Notes under the pieces: model-generated | The model's database searches: none | What the model saw: only the letters and a program-made list of their open reading frames with translations | What the model was told of the DNA's origin: nothing | Part shown: piece after piece, positions 38,836-51,895 of the stretch | How positions within the stretch are numbered: the first letter of the stretch is position 1 | Layout: each line of letters begins with the position of its first letter | Program-made: the position numbers and the translations under genes | Source of the DNA: Lama glama | Lineage: Eukaryota | Length of the DNA: 64,000 nt | NCBI GenBank assembly: GCA_028534125.1 | Contig: CM052817.1 | Coordinates: 35,714,001 to 35,778,000 of the forward strand | Direction of reading: 5' to 3'

Positions 38836-41394
38836 ATGTTTCTTAATAAAGACTTCAAATACATAAATACTGCAATGGCTTGGTTTTTCTAATGACCCAT
38901 TTTGAGCCCAACCCAGGATACCATCTCTCACAAATATCTCCTGTTCCTTCCACTTCATCATCCCACTAATTCCTATCCATCTTGAGTTTAACTCATTTCA
39001 AGGATCCTCTCTTTACCCCAAAATCTAGCTACCCTGTGCTCCAAAGTGCCTCATGCACAACTTGTGCCTGTACACAGATCAACTAGTCACATGTCTGTCT
39101 CCCCCGCAGAACAATGAATTCCTCCCGGGCAGGGCTGTGTATTATTTAGCTCTGTGTCTTCATTGCTTACTATAATATCTGGCATCTGGGAGAATCTTAA
39201 CAAACGTCCACTAGTCAGAACTCTTCAATAATTTTGAAGACTTCTTTCTGCAGGAAAACTTATCAACAGAAAAAAATTTCATCCACTCAAACTTCCTTAA
39301 GCAGTTTTAATAAGAATTTGGCAAAACATTGTTCCTCCCAGCTTCTTCTGAACGGTAAGAATGCAAACAAAACTGTTCCTTGAATCATATATAATTAATG
39401 CAATAATTATTAGAGCTGGATTACTTGTTTTAAATAGGTCATTATGATACAGTACAGTTGTAATAGTTAGGTCTTATACATGAACATTGTAATACCTTGA
39501 GATCCCTTGAATAATTGATATACACATTCTATTTATGTCATTCTACAGAATTAAGAACATAATGTTATTTTAAATGACTGTAGAGATTTTAGTATTTGTT
39601 AGTTTTTAACTCTGAATCATTTTGTTGTTGAATTCATGATCAGAGAAGCCGGGCCTAATAGCAACGTTGTTTCTCCAGGAAAAAAAAAGATACACCTCAC
39701 ACTGAGGTGCTTTGTGATATAACTTCTAGGAATGTCTTATAGAGAAATGTGGAGACTCTGTATAGTACATGGATAATTAGTGAAGCAAGTTAATCCTGGA
39801 AATGATAAATAGAAACAATAATCCATTAGGTGGTCAGGAAAATCAAGTACTTTTCTTAATTAGGAAGTTGTTTTTGCATTCATTTTTCATATATAAAAAA
39901 AGCTTCCAGAAAATCTGGTAATGTTTAGAAAAATGTAATCTTGTCGGAGATACCTTCAATCTATAAAAAAAAAAATCTGTGTATCTAGACTTTGTGTATC
40001 ATGTATTTTATATCCATGTATATATTTTCTGTGATACACACACAAATAGATCTTCACATTTGGCATGGTTAATAACCATGCCTTCCAGGGTAGGGAATCA
40101 AGTCTTAGAATTTCTGTTCCACTATATTACTTGCATTTCATGGACTGATTAGAGGTTGGCTTCTGTCTTCACCTATGCCAAAAAGCAGGCTTAAGACACA
40201 GCAGCCAAACTGGATGTGTGTTTACAAAATGCCTTTGTCCCATTTCTACTTGGATCCTCACCTGAACATCAGTAATGTCTCAGCTACCATGATGATGGTG
40301 AATACCAGCCATAGAAAATGGAGCCAACTGAGTATCAGAGTATTAATATTGTTACGAACGCACGTGAGTCTGTAAGACCATAGAAACAAAATAGAGCCTA
40401 AATTTCTCTAGGTAGGCATCAACCCCACCGACTCATCAATAATGAGAGCTGTGGTGACTTCAGGTTTTAGAAAGTAAAGTGAGATAGCGGGTACAGCTCT
40501 GCCCTTGGGTGAAGTGATAAGAAAGGTAGACTATGAGGAATCTATTTTTTTTTTCTTTAAGGTTCCAGGTTTCCCTACCATTCTATGAAATAAATCAGAT
40601 TTTCCACTTTATGCAAATCCAGAAAACACCATTTACATATAGCAAAGTTAAGCTGTACTCCTTGAGTCATGCAATTTCATGATAACTAGATACACTTAAC
40701 CAGTCTGGAGCAAATGGAATACATTCATCAACCTGCAAACAACCTGCTTATGACATGAGTTTATTCATTTATTAAGTCAGTTCTTCTTAATGACTGATGT
40801 GGTGATGCTGAATGCCACATCACTGTTTATCCTTGCTATGGTTTCACATCCATTACAGAAAACAAAATCAGGAACTATTTCTTGTTTTTCATTTATTTCT
40901 GGTTAATTTTTCTTTTGTGATGTGATACTGCACATTTCCAAGAAGAATTTTTATATTCTGCATTGAAAACCAATGTTCCATCTAATTTATTGTAGGTTAA
41001 GACTGTCAAAAAGAAAAAAGCAAGAGGCCAGCTGGTTGACTAACTATTTTAAGCAGGATCTCTTGGGGATTCAGTACTTGTGAGGCTAACACAGGCCAGG
41101 TGTTTAGCTTCGCAGTTTGCTAAAATCAATTCTATCAGTTCATCCCAAGTGGAATTAAACTCTGGGGAGATTATTTGGACTGGAAAATCTCACAAGAGAC
41201 AGGCATGCAAACCACAGTATCAATTTATTTGCATAGGTTAACAAGCTTGGCAGGGTAAGTAACACGGATCAGGATAATGCACTGAGGAAACTGAACTAGA
41301 GATGAAACTGTTGCTCGTGTGCTCAGCCTTAGAATAATGGGAGTTAAGAATTCTCAAGATGTATTCTATCGGGTTAAACTAGTTGTTAAAGTAA

Positions 41395-42335
41395 TATTTT
41401 AAAACAATTTTATTGAGATATCATTCACATACCATACAATTCACCCTTTTAAAGGGTACTATTGAATTTTTTTTACTCTATTCACTCCTAATTTTAGAAA
41501 TTTCCATTATCTCAAAAAGAAATCCCATACCCATTACCAGTCACTCCCCACTCCCTCCTCCCCTCAGCCCTAGGCCTGTGGCAACAACTAATCTATTTTC
41601 TGTCTCTATAGATTTGCATTTCCTGGACATTTTATTACCAATAGTGCACAACAATATGTGGTCTTGTGTGGCTGGTTTCTTTCAACTAGCATAATGTTTT
41701 CTAGGTTTATCCATGCTGTAAGATGTATCAATACTTTGTTACTTTTTATTTCTGAATAAAATTATATTTTATGGATACGTTACATTTTATTTATTCTTTC
41801 CTCAGTTGATAGCTAGCTGGGTTGTTACTGTTTTTTGGCTGCCATGAATAATGCTGCTGCGAACATTCACATACAAGCTTTTGTGTGGACATATGTTTCA
41901 TTTTCTCTTGGGTATATACTTAGGATGGGATTGCTGGGTCATATGATAACTCTATGTTTTACTTTTGGGTGAACTGATGAGCTCTTTTCCAAAAGAGCTG
42001 CACCGTATTTAATTCCCATCAGTAATTGTGAGCATTCTATTTCCTCCACGACCTCACCAGCACTTGTTATTTTCTGTTGCTTGTTAGTAGACATCCTAAT
42101 GGGTGTGAGGTAGCATCTCATTGTGCTTTTGATTTGCATTCCCCTAATGGCTAAGGATACTGAACATCTTTTCATGTGCTTATTGACTGTTTATCTTTGG
42201 AGAAATGTCTATAAAGATCTCTTGCCTGCTTTTTAATTGGAGCACGTATGAATATTTCATCCTTCTCATTGACAAATAATATTGTATGGATATACCACAT
42301 TTTATGTATCCATTTATCAGTTGATGGACATTGTT
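41395..42335 (-). mobile_element. L1MB-like 3' fragment
   Basis: ORF 41939-42175 KRCSVSLAIRGMQIKSTMRCYLTPIRM is L1 ORF2 C-terminal region; 3'UTR ttgagatatcattcacataccatacaattcaccc. Confidence 0.9.
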
Positions 42336-43659
42336 GAATAATTTTCATATTTTTATGGAAAATGCTGGTGATCTCAACAGGATGGAGAACCAGGGAAATT
42401 TGGACTATGGAAACTAATTTGGTTTATGAACATGACACGCACAAAAAAGTAATAGTGTCTGAAAGAACATAGCAAATGTTATGACATACAGCTAACATCT
42501 TTAAGGTGGGGGAAAGGTGGAGCAGTCTTCAAAGTCTGCTTCCCTCAGAAGGTAGAGGAGTTTTAGGCAAGGCAGCCAGTCTCTAGATAGTGGTTATGCT
42601 TGAAGCTGTTTGCCAATTGCATTCTCCTTCCAGGAGGTCTATCCAATTTAAAGCTGAACTTTACCCAGTTTCTGGAGAAAGTTGCACCTGGGTACCATTA
42701 GCCCTTGGAGAAAAACAGATGGGCAAGGGATAAGAAGGGTCAGGGTCTTAAACAGGCTGGCTGAAATACCAGTAGATGAAGCATTCCTGGGACCATATGA
42801 ACCAGGAAGACATGGTGGAGAAGAGAGATGAAGGTTGATCACCATTGCAGACATAGTGGCTGAGAGCCCACCTCAAGTCATTCCACACTCAAATGTGGAA
42901 ATTCAGTGAGACTATTTCCATATTCCACCAGCTGGAGGATGCTAATCTACTTCTTGTCTTGGTCAGAATTGGCTTTGGACTGAAAGTCTTGAGCATATGT
43001 GGTTAAAAACCTGAGGTCTGTAGCAACATGGAGCAAGAGAAAGGCAGGGGCTTCCAAACCTCTCCAATCAAAAGATGTATTCAGCATTAGCTTATCTATC
43101 TACCTGTCTATCAATCATCTATCGACTTTTCTCATTAGAAGAAAGTACTAAGTCCTCTTTTGAACCCTTTCTTCTGGGCTTGGAACGGATTTCTGAACCT
43201 TTGGTCTAATACCAAATGAGGTGGTTGACTGTGTTTAGGGGCTCCATTTTATGGGGAAAAATATCTTTAAACACCAGAATCATCCCCAGTCTGTCCAGAG
43301 AACCCTGCTGTGAGAGCCCTACAGAGGGAACAGCAGGTTTTTGGTTCTTATTGCGTGCTAACCCCGGGTCAGATGCTACATGGTAGAAGGTCAAGTCCAA
43401 ATTCCTGTACCATATGAATTGTTATCTCTCCCCCACCCCTCTCCAATACTATGTATTTATAGTTACATAAGTTAAATGGGCATATGAATTTTCAACACTC
43501 CACAGTTTTCTTTACATTAGTTATATTCCAGTCCTTTTCTCCTGATGTTACACCCTGAACATGCTGAGTGAACTAGCTCTGGAGACACCTTGCTGTTTTG
43601 ATCAATGGTATTTTTGATAGACACTAGGGCTACAACCATAATCTCATCAATAATGATTT

Positions 43660-44170
43660 TATTCAGTAGTTAACCTGCATTAATTTTTTTGTATCTACTA
43701 TGTGCTAAGTCCTGTGCCAAGTGTGAAGCATAAACCAAGAAAAAAAACTCCTGTCCTCAAAGAAATTACAGTCTAGGTGTGGTGGTAAAGAGACCGACAA
43801 GTAAACAGGGAATGAAATACCACGTGATGAACAGGCAAGTGCTACAGGAAAACAGAGGAGAAGGACTGACCCCAATCCCAGCGTCTCAGATAGTCTTCGG
43901 CTTTACCTGAGACTTGAGATATACACAGGCATTAGCCAAAAAGAGGGGACAGACATGGGGCAGGAAATCATGCCAGAAGGAACAACCTACAAGAAAGTAC
44001 TCCACACAATTAAAGGAATGTACCCAACAGTCAATCAGACTCTCTTTCCTGGGCAGTTTGAATGCAAGTCATGCAAAGAAAAAGAAGAGTTCAAGTAATA
44101 GGAGTGTCAGCAGAGAAGCAGAAAGAAACACAGTTATGAGGTCCTTTGGAGGCTTCAGGAAAAGAAGCAA
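43660..44170 (-). mobile_element. L2 LINE fragment
   Basis: ctactatgtgctaagtcctgtgccaag, cctgtcctcaaagaaattacagtctag. Confidence 0.7.
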
Positions 44171-44299
44171 TAGCAGATGGCTACTTCTAAAGGAACAGGG
44201 TGACCAATTCACCCGAGAGGTTCTTGTTGAACCAGAAGCATCATTGTCGATCTCTGGGTCTGCTGCTCTATTCTGGGTGACATATGAAGTCTTTCTGTG

Positions 44300-44820
44300 C
44301 AGCTGTTATAAGAACCTATAAGAACTCTTCATTGCAAGAAACAAACCCACCTTGAAAATGATTGAACAATGTAAAATTCAATCAGAATTTGAAATGAATT
44401 TAAGGATGGCTGAATGTAGTGGTTTAAATATCACCAGAAATAGAACTCCATCTCCTTCTCTCTTTCTAACTCTTTCCAGCCCTACTTTCTTTTCCTTTGT
44501 CTTCATGCCTCCCTCATGTGGACTTCTTCCAAGGGGTCTCCACTAGCTGCCCCAGTTTTATATTTTACTAGTCAGAAGACTCCATTTTTAACAAGAGCTC
44601 CAGCAATACTTTGAGTCTTGACTCCATCCATGAATCAATCACTGTGGCCAGGGACAGTGGTTCTCCTATTGCTCTATGCTAGGTCATCTGTTCATGCGGA
44701 TCAAGGGTAGCCCCACCTAATCACATGGACTGAGCTGTGGTTCCTCAATGGAAAACTGAGATGCAGTCACCATCAGCAAGCGGTAAATGGAAGCTTAGAA
44801 ATCAGAAACAGCAGCTCTCT
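44300..44820 (-). mobile_element. Old MaLR LTR (MLT1J/K-like)
   Basis: ttgcaagaaacaaacccac, tgaatcaatcactgtggccaggga, ccccacctaatcacatggactgag. Confidence 0.55.
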
Positions 44821-45911
44821 TCCATAAACGGGTCCCTGTGTGTCCTTACCTCCCTGTTTCTTTCAAACAAATTCTCAGTAGCTGATGACAACTTAGCACT
44901 TTTTTTTTCTATTTTCTTTCTTTTTTTTTTTTTGCTCCTCATAGCCTAACATTTCCTGGAAAAAAAATAAGTATTTGAAAATTGGTCTTATATGAAGTAG
45001 ATTTTCACACATATGGCATGCAATTTTAAATAGAAGGTGATGTTATCTATAAGAGTACTGGACTAAAATGGCCAAGAGTAAAGACCAAACACTGCCACAC
45101 TGCATACCCATGAAGACAGTTTAGACACAACCAGTTTTCAGAGCCTAAAGTAATTTAGGACTCCTCCCTCATCTTAAAGTTAGCTGGATATCTTTTGTTA
45201 TAAAACGATCATTCCATCTTTTCTAACTCTAATTAAATTGAATAATGAATTTTAAAATGCCTAACACATCAATTAGACCAGAGTAAGCCCTTTTAAAAAT
45301 TCAGATTGGCCTGAAATTCTACAAACATTAACAATCAATGGGCAATGTACCAAGACTGATAATAGAAAATCATATAATACGAAGGCTTGGTCCTCAGGGA
45401 ACACAGCATTTATTAAAGGAGAAAAACAAATACAAACACAAATTATGTACAGTGTTTTAACTACAACAAAGATTGACACCAGGTATAGATGTATCACAGA
45501 GGAAGAAGTAATTAAATAGGGGAATGGGTGGTTTGAGCAAGGGTTCCTGGAGGAGGAGATAACTAAACTAGATTTTGTCACAAATGACTAGGAATTTGAT
45601 AAGTGTCTATGACGAAAGGGCATTTCGGGTGTGAGGGGAGGACACAAATCAAAGAAAAGTCGTGGAACAGTGTACTAGTGTGTTATACAAACTACTATTG
45701 CAGGAAGGGAAAATGAGTTTAGGGAGCGGCAAGAGATGACTCTGGTAAAACAGGCAGTGATTTGAGTGTCTCTTAATCAATTTAAACAAGTCTATCATAA
45801 GAATACTTCAAATGGAAATAATCTAAGCATTTGACAATAGGATATTGATTAAATAAACAGCAGAATACTAAATGTGACCAAAAATGATGCTGCAGAAGGC
45901 TGTTTAGTATC

Positions 45912-46112
45912 AGAAGAGAGGAGAGGGAAGGAGGAGGAAAGAGGACAGGATGGAAGGAAGGAAAGAGAAGAAAGAAAAAGAGAGAAAGAAAGAAAGAGAA
46001 GAGGAGAGAAGAGAAAAGAAAAGAAAAAGAAGAAACTGAAAGAAAGAAGAAGGGCAGGCAAGAGAGAGATTGAGAGAGAGAAGGAGAGAAGGGAGGGAGA
46101 GAGGGAAGAAAA
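45912..46112. repeat. ~200-bp GA-rich polypurine low-complexity tract
   Basis: Almost only A/G on +; mixed GAAA, GGAA and GA units. Confidence 0.95.
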
Positions 46113-46481
46113 TGTGTAGGACTCTGACATGTGGTTGCCCCAGTCTTCCGGAAATCCAAAGGCAGTCAGGTGACATCAAATGTACCTGAATGTGAGTTTC
46201 TACACTGATTCTCTGTGAAAGACACTGCTAAGGGATGAACCTACAGCCTACCTTCCTTCTCTCTTACTAACAGGGCACTAGGACATTTAGCCTAGAAAAA
46301 CTGAAGCCAGCCTGTTCCTCTTGGCTAGGCAGGCGCTCACTTGCACAGCCTCCTTGGGTGATTTGGTGACTGAATCGTGACAAAGGACTTGCTTGGGAAT
46401 AAGAGAGTGGGTTCTGGCAAATATTTTTTTCTTCCATAAAAAAAAGAGATTCCCTTTTCCACTGGAATTCTTTTCTTCTAT

Positions 46482-47046
46482 TATAGAGGAGAGAGAAAAA
46501 CATCTCATTCCTCTCTCCTCCTAGGTTCTCTAACTGGGGCTCTGCTGACAGCCAAAATACAGATTAACAAGAGAAAAAGAAAGTTTATTGACACGTACAG
46601 CAGGCATGGATGCCGAAGAAACTCAGTGATGAGTAACTCAAAGGGGCGGTTAGAACTTGGGCTTACACAGCATCTTCACAAAGAAAAATAAACTTGTATA
46701 GAAATGATAAGACAAAGGAAAAAGGAGTTTAGGCTTTTAGGGGCAGCGAACTGTGGTAAGGCAAATATATAGGGGAAACCTAATGGAAGATAAGAATTAT
46801 TTTAATAAGGTTTGTTTGCAGACCTATCTTGGTGCTGACTTTCCGTCTTCTTCATGATCACAAAACTTCCCCAGGAGAGGGGATTTAGGGTAATCCTCAT
46901 TTCTCAGAAGTTTCTGCTTTTAGTCAGATAAGGGAAACTCCAAGAAAGCTGCTTCTTGCATTTGTTGATTCTCAGTTGCCTCCAGTTCAAAATAATCCTT
47001 ATGCCAAAGTGGCGTATTTTATGGTGGCATAATTGGATCCCCTACA
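46482..47046 (-). mobile_element. MER34-family ERV1 solo LTR
   Basis: Minus strand begins tgtagggg..ccaattatgccacc.taaaatacgccactttggcataaggattattttgaactg; flanks ctat/ctgt as degenerate 4-bp TSD. Confidence 0.82.
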
Positions 47047-47397
47047 CTGTCTTAAATGTGGTTTTGTAAGGATATGATTTTTAAAGAAATGGAAGCCATC
47101 TTGTAACCATGCAGTGATAAAATCTATTGAGAGTCCAGTACTGAGCAGAATGTGTGGATATACAAGAAGTAGAAGTTATAGTCCCTGAGCCCAAAAGCCT
47201 GTAATACAAAGTGTCAAGACATGGGCACATGACTTAACTGGAGAACAATTACAAAACAGCTTACAGCATTACTCAGTGCCAACTGGTGCAGCACTGGTGG
47301 CAGTCCTCCAGAACCTCCCGTTGGGGACTCAATCCCACCAATGCTTCTTGCCAATCCAGCTAAACTGATGACGTTTATAGGAAAGATGTGACATTTA

Positions 47398-47897
47398 NNN
47401 NNNNNNNNNNNNNNNNNNNNNNNNNNNNNNNNNNNNNNNNNNNNNNNNNNNNNNNNNNNNNNNNNNNNNNNNNNNNNNNNNNNNNNNNNNNNNNNNNNNN
47501 NNNNNNNNNNNNNNNNNNNNNNNNNNNNNNNNNNNNNNNNNNNNNNNNNNNNNNNNNNNNNNNNNNNNNNNNNNNNNNNNNNNNNNNNNNNNNNNNNNNN
47601 NNNNNNNNNNNNNNNNNNNNNNNNNNNNNNNNNNNNNNNNNNNNNNNNNNNNNNNNNNNNNNNNNNNNNNNNNNNNNNNNNNNNNNNNNNNNNNNNNNNN
47701 NNNNNNNNNNNNNNNNNNNNNNNNNNNNNNNNNNNNNNNNNNNNNNNNNNNNNNNNNNNNNNNNNNNNNNNNNNNNNNNNNNNNNNNNNNNNNNNNNNNN
47801 NNNNNNNNNNNNNNNNNNNNNNNNNNNNNNNNNNNNNNNNNNNNNNNNNNNNNNNNNNNNNNNNNNNNNNNNNNNNNNNNNNNNNNNNNNNNNNNNN
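47398..47897. other. Assembly gap, exactly 500 N
   Basis: Direct reading. Confidence 1.
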
Positions 47898-49279
47898 AGA
47901 AGATTCTAGTGTCAAAATCTTATATTTTTAAAATACAGTGCTGCCCCCGTTTAAACACCAGGAAGAGTGTTCTCTCGGAAGGGAACAGATTGTCAGAAAA
48001 GCATCGGGCTGGACACTAGACTTCAGTCTTGAGGCATTTATATGTTACTTCATTCGTCACAAATGTTACTTAAACACCTGGGGTTTTGATTCCTGATTTC
48101 TAAATTGGGGATAATGATTCATTCAACTTACTGAGCCCTTCATAAATAGTGCACACTATTTTAGACGATAGGGATTCAACAGTGAACAAGAGACAAAGTC
48201 CTTGCCCTCATAGACAGTAGACAGAAAACCACGATATACTCTTATCAGGATGCAGTAGGAAGTCTGATGGAAAAACATAAAGCAGGGGAAGGAGGATAGA
48301 AAAACGGCAGGTAAGAGGGGAGGGAGCTGCTATTCTCTATCGAGTGGTTGAGAACATCTCTTTGGTAAGAAGCTGGCATTTCCTTCTCCATGCTGCGTGA
48401 GGTGTGCCTGTGTTTGTTTGTGAGCACATTGGCCGGCTTCTCTGGGGGAGAGGGGAAGAAGTCAAATGACTGAAAAAGCCCTTGGTAAATTACTGGGCAC
48501 TATGTGAACACAAGGCATTATTATTATCATTGTTATTATTGCGGATTGAGTATCATCCCCATAGCCTGACATTTAAGATCCTTCACAACACAACCTTCCA
48601 ACCTACATTTCCAGTTTTATCTCCACTTCTCTGCATAAACCTAACTTCCAAATAAAACTTTCACTTTGTCTAATTCACTTGGCAATTAATCATGTACCAT
48701 CTCACGTTGCTTCTCCTATTGTTTCTTCTGCTGAAATCCTTTCTTATTTTCATTCTCCATAAATTCTGTGTCCCCAGTGAAATGTTAAACTTGTGTATGT
48801 CAGGGTCTTTCTATAAGTTCCTTGAGGTGTTCAATAATATATATTGGCTTTGCTTGACGTACTAGTTTAATGTGTACCATCACTCTGATAGTTTTGGAAT
48901 TTGCTGTTTTTTTGTACGAGTTTTGAATTGCCTTATTAATCATGCACCTTTGAGAAGCAGAATCTTTAAAAATTTCTCTATTGCTAAAGTGAGACTTTAC
49001 CTGTGGTTAGGATTTCCCGTAAGGATTATCTCACTGCCATTCAGACCAATAAGCATCTCCTAATCCTACATGTCTTTTTCATGACCACAATACTGGGCAT
49101 TGTCATGGCTTTGTCATGACCTTGGGGTATTTCTTGCCTATACCTACTTGATATTGTCTCTTGAATGACTTTCAAGTGAATTTTTCCATTGAAAGAACTT
49201 CCCAGCAGTGTGAGAAGTCAAGAAGAAGAGTAGGATGAGTCAAACATAGCAGAAACTATAGGATAAGTACTAAGTGAAG

Positions 49280-49752
49280 TTTTGGTGGACATAATGACCC
49301 TCGTGAAATATCTACATCCTAATCTCTGGGACCTAGGAATATTTTACCTTGTAACGCTGAAGAGTCTTTGCAGATGTGAACAAACTAAGCATTCTGAGAT
49401 GGGGAGATTGTTCTGGATTATCTGGGTTGACCCAATGTAATCACAAGAGTCTTTATAAGAGGGATGTAGGCGGTCAGAGTCAGAGCAGAGGACAGAAATA
49501 GAGTTCTGAGTGATGTAGTCACAAGCTAAGAAATGCAGACTGCCTCTAGGAGCTGGAAGAGAAAAGGAAGGAAGAGACTCTCCCCTCAGAGCCTCTAGAA
49601 GGAATGCATAGCCCTGACGACCCTTTGATTTTAGCCCTATAAGGCGTATTTTCAGACTTTGGACCTTGAAAACTATAGAATAATAAATTTGTGTTGTATT
49701 AGGCTACTAAATTTGTGGTGATTTGTTATAGCAGCAGTAGGAAACTAATACA
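49280..49752 (+). mobile_element. MaLR solo LTR, MLT1D-like
   Basis: ctttgcagatgtga, tgagatggggagattgttctggattatctggg, ttgttatagcagcagtaggaaactaataca. Confidence 0.9.
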
Positions 49753-50264
49753 GTGGTCTAATAAAAACAGCCCTGAGCTAGAGATCTGACACACACTCAG
49801 CCCCCATTACATGCTTATTGACTGTGTGATCTCAAGAACATCACTCTATCTTGGTTTCTTTCCCTGTAAAGTTAAATTACACTTGCCTTCCCGTGTTGTT
49901 ATGAAGGCAGACAAAATTACTCATGTGAGTGCTTTGTAAACTGTTTTGTGTTATACAAATGTTAGGTGTAAAACTTTGACTTAGGGTTTCCTTATTAAGG
50001 GTGAGGACTGGAGTGAGGATATCCGTCCTTAAATATTACAGCATAACCACCCCAGTAGCAAACATGTTATTTCAGAGATGGCCTCCTGCAGGAATGGCCG
50101 TCTGGCACACTTGTTACAAACTTCCTTCCATCAACCAGATTGATATGGCTGATGAATGGCAGCATTCTTTGCCCAGGAGCCAAGAAACAGCCTTAGAACC
50201 CTTCTTAACCCGCCTTCAGGAAGTTGCTGTCTATCACCTAGAGCTGGCAGGAAAGAAGAAACTT

Positions 50265-50425
50265 ACTTCAAGTCCCCAACTTTGACCAGCAGCATGGGCA
50301 CCACCTGGGAGCTTGTTAGAAATGCAGATCCTCAGGCCCACCCCAGGCCTACTGGGTCAGAATCTACATTATAACAAGATCCCTGGATGAGTCCCGTGTG
50401 CTAGGTGAGAAGATATATTCTGCAG
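50265..50425. mobile_element. MER5A hAT-Charlie relic
   Basis: cacctgggagcttgttagaaatgcagatcctcaggcccaccccaggcctactg..tcagaatct. Confidence 0.88.
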
Positions 50426-50439
50426 TATTTTGAATCCTA

Positions 50440-50620
50440 CTTGTGCAGGTTACTACTGCACTCAAGCAAAGTGTTTAAATCATCGAAGTCTCAGTTTTCT
50501 CAATCAATAAAGTGGAGAATAGTACCCATCTCACTGGGTTGTTATGAGAATTACAGAGGCTGCATATAAGGCATTTTGCACAGTGCTTGCTAACAAATAC
50601 TCAGTTACTAAGAGTTCTTT
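50440..50620 (+). mobile_element. MIR SINE
   Basis: gtctcagttttctcaatcaataaagtggagaatagtacc..ggttgttatgagaatta. Confidence 0.75.
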
Positions 50621-51130
50621 TCATTGTATCATTTGCACCATCTACAGCTGCTAACCATACTACGCATCCATTCAGTATTGCCGGAGCCGCTCGGCGTGGA
50701 CGATTTCCAAAGCTATCCACGCCCATGGAGGGGAGGGGGCAGGAACACTGTCAGCAATGCCATCTCCAAATACGTAGGGTACAGTACATTTTGCAACATG
50801 TAGGAAACGTGGGGTGATCTCCTTGCTTTCAGACCTGGACTGCACGTGGCTTTATTAGAAACCGTCTGCTGAAGTCTAGACACAGCCATGGAGTCTGGTG
50901 ACCTGTGGGAGGGAGCAAAGGCCAGAATTCCTGCTGAGTCGCTGTCGGTGCCAGCCCTACCTTAAGACCCTTCTTAACTTTCCATCTGCGGCCGGTCTCC
51001 TTGCTGCAGAACGGCGAACCGCCAGCCCCTGCCCAGCTGCCCCACCGGCTCGCGGCAGCGGCGCAGCAACCCCTTCCCGCGGGACGCGGAGGCTGGGCGG
51101 GGGCGCGGTGGGGGCGGAGCTCGGCGTCCC

Positions 51131-51154
51131 GCCGCCGCCGCCGCCGCCGCCGCC
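51131..51154. repeat. (GCC)8 trinucleotide repeat
   Basis: Direct reading, uninterrupted. Confidence 0.97.
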
Positions 51155-51269
51155 TGCGATTCTGCCGCCCCCTTCCTCGGATGCTCCGGCGGGGCAGCGT
51201 TGCCCGCGAGGACAGATGGGCGCATCCCCGGCCTGACGAGTGAGCAGTCGGGCACGTGAACTCCCACCT

Positions 51270-51539
51270 CCAGTTTGGCTCCGAGCCCGGCGGCGGTGGG
51301 GGCGGCCCCCGCGGTCTCCGCCCGGCTCCCGCGCGCCGCCTCTGCTCTTTGCATAGTAATTTCAGTTCCTGCTGGCACCCGGCTCGCTCCCGGAACAGGT
51401 CTGAAAAGGACCGCCGCTACGAGCCCGCCTGAGCCATCGGTGTGGCGCCGAGAGCCGCTGCTCGGGATATGCGACGGGAAGCCCCCGCCACAGCGCAGGC
51501 AGTGGCCGCGCCGCGCCGGGGAGAGCCGGGCAACAGCAG
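51270..51539 (+). other. Putative first exon of an unidentified gene (5' boundary uncertain)
   Basis: Donor CAG|GTAGGC at 51539/51540 in the 3' part of the island, followed by (GT)n and intron-like sequence with no convincing coding exon to the window end. Confidence 0.6.
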
Positions 51540-51876
51540 GTAGGCGACCGGCGGCCGCGGCAGGAGACGCCCCCCGCGCCACCGCTGCGCGGCGTCCCAC
51601 CTCTGGGGGAGCCGGGCTTTGCGGTGTGCTCGGTACTGATGGGGGATGGATTCGGTCCCATATTTTGCCGGGTGACCCTTTTTGCCTGTTGCTCTTGCCC
51701 CCAACCCAGCCTGCGCTCCAGGAGGGACTGTCTTTCTCACAGGTGATGAATTTCTCGACAAGGTCATTGCTCCCTTAGGCTCTGGCTTGGCAGGTAAACG
51801 GGAGAAGACGCCTGCTGTTCTTGGGCGGGGGGATTTATAATCAGTCGGGTCTGCACACTATGAATATCCAAATAGG

Positions 51877-51895
51877 GTGTGTGTGTGTGTGCGTG
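51877..51895. repeat. Short (GT)n microsatellite
   Basis: gtgtgtgtgtgtgtgcgtgt. Confidence 0.85.

Larger units (their letters stand above)
50930..51670 (+). promoter_or_regulatory. CpG island promoter, TATA-less
   Basis: Only long GC- and CpG-dense block in the window; GC boxes gggcgggg (51095-51102) and gggggcggagc (51110-51120), E-box CACGTG (51253-51258), Inr-like ccagttt (~51272) and tcagtt (~51364). Confidence 0.9.

Noticed and set aside
45782..46179. Hydrophobic F/L/S and charged E/K/R ORFs
   Set aside because: Translations of the GA-rich low-complexity tract.
50930..51670. Assigning a gene symbol to the CpG-island gene
   Set aside because: No recognisable coding exon in the window; any name would be a guess.
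50898..51778. Several 80-208 aa ORFs over the CpG island
   Set aside because: Stop-poor GC-rich DNA gives Ala/Arg/Pro/Gly ORFs in most frames; none is recognisable.
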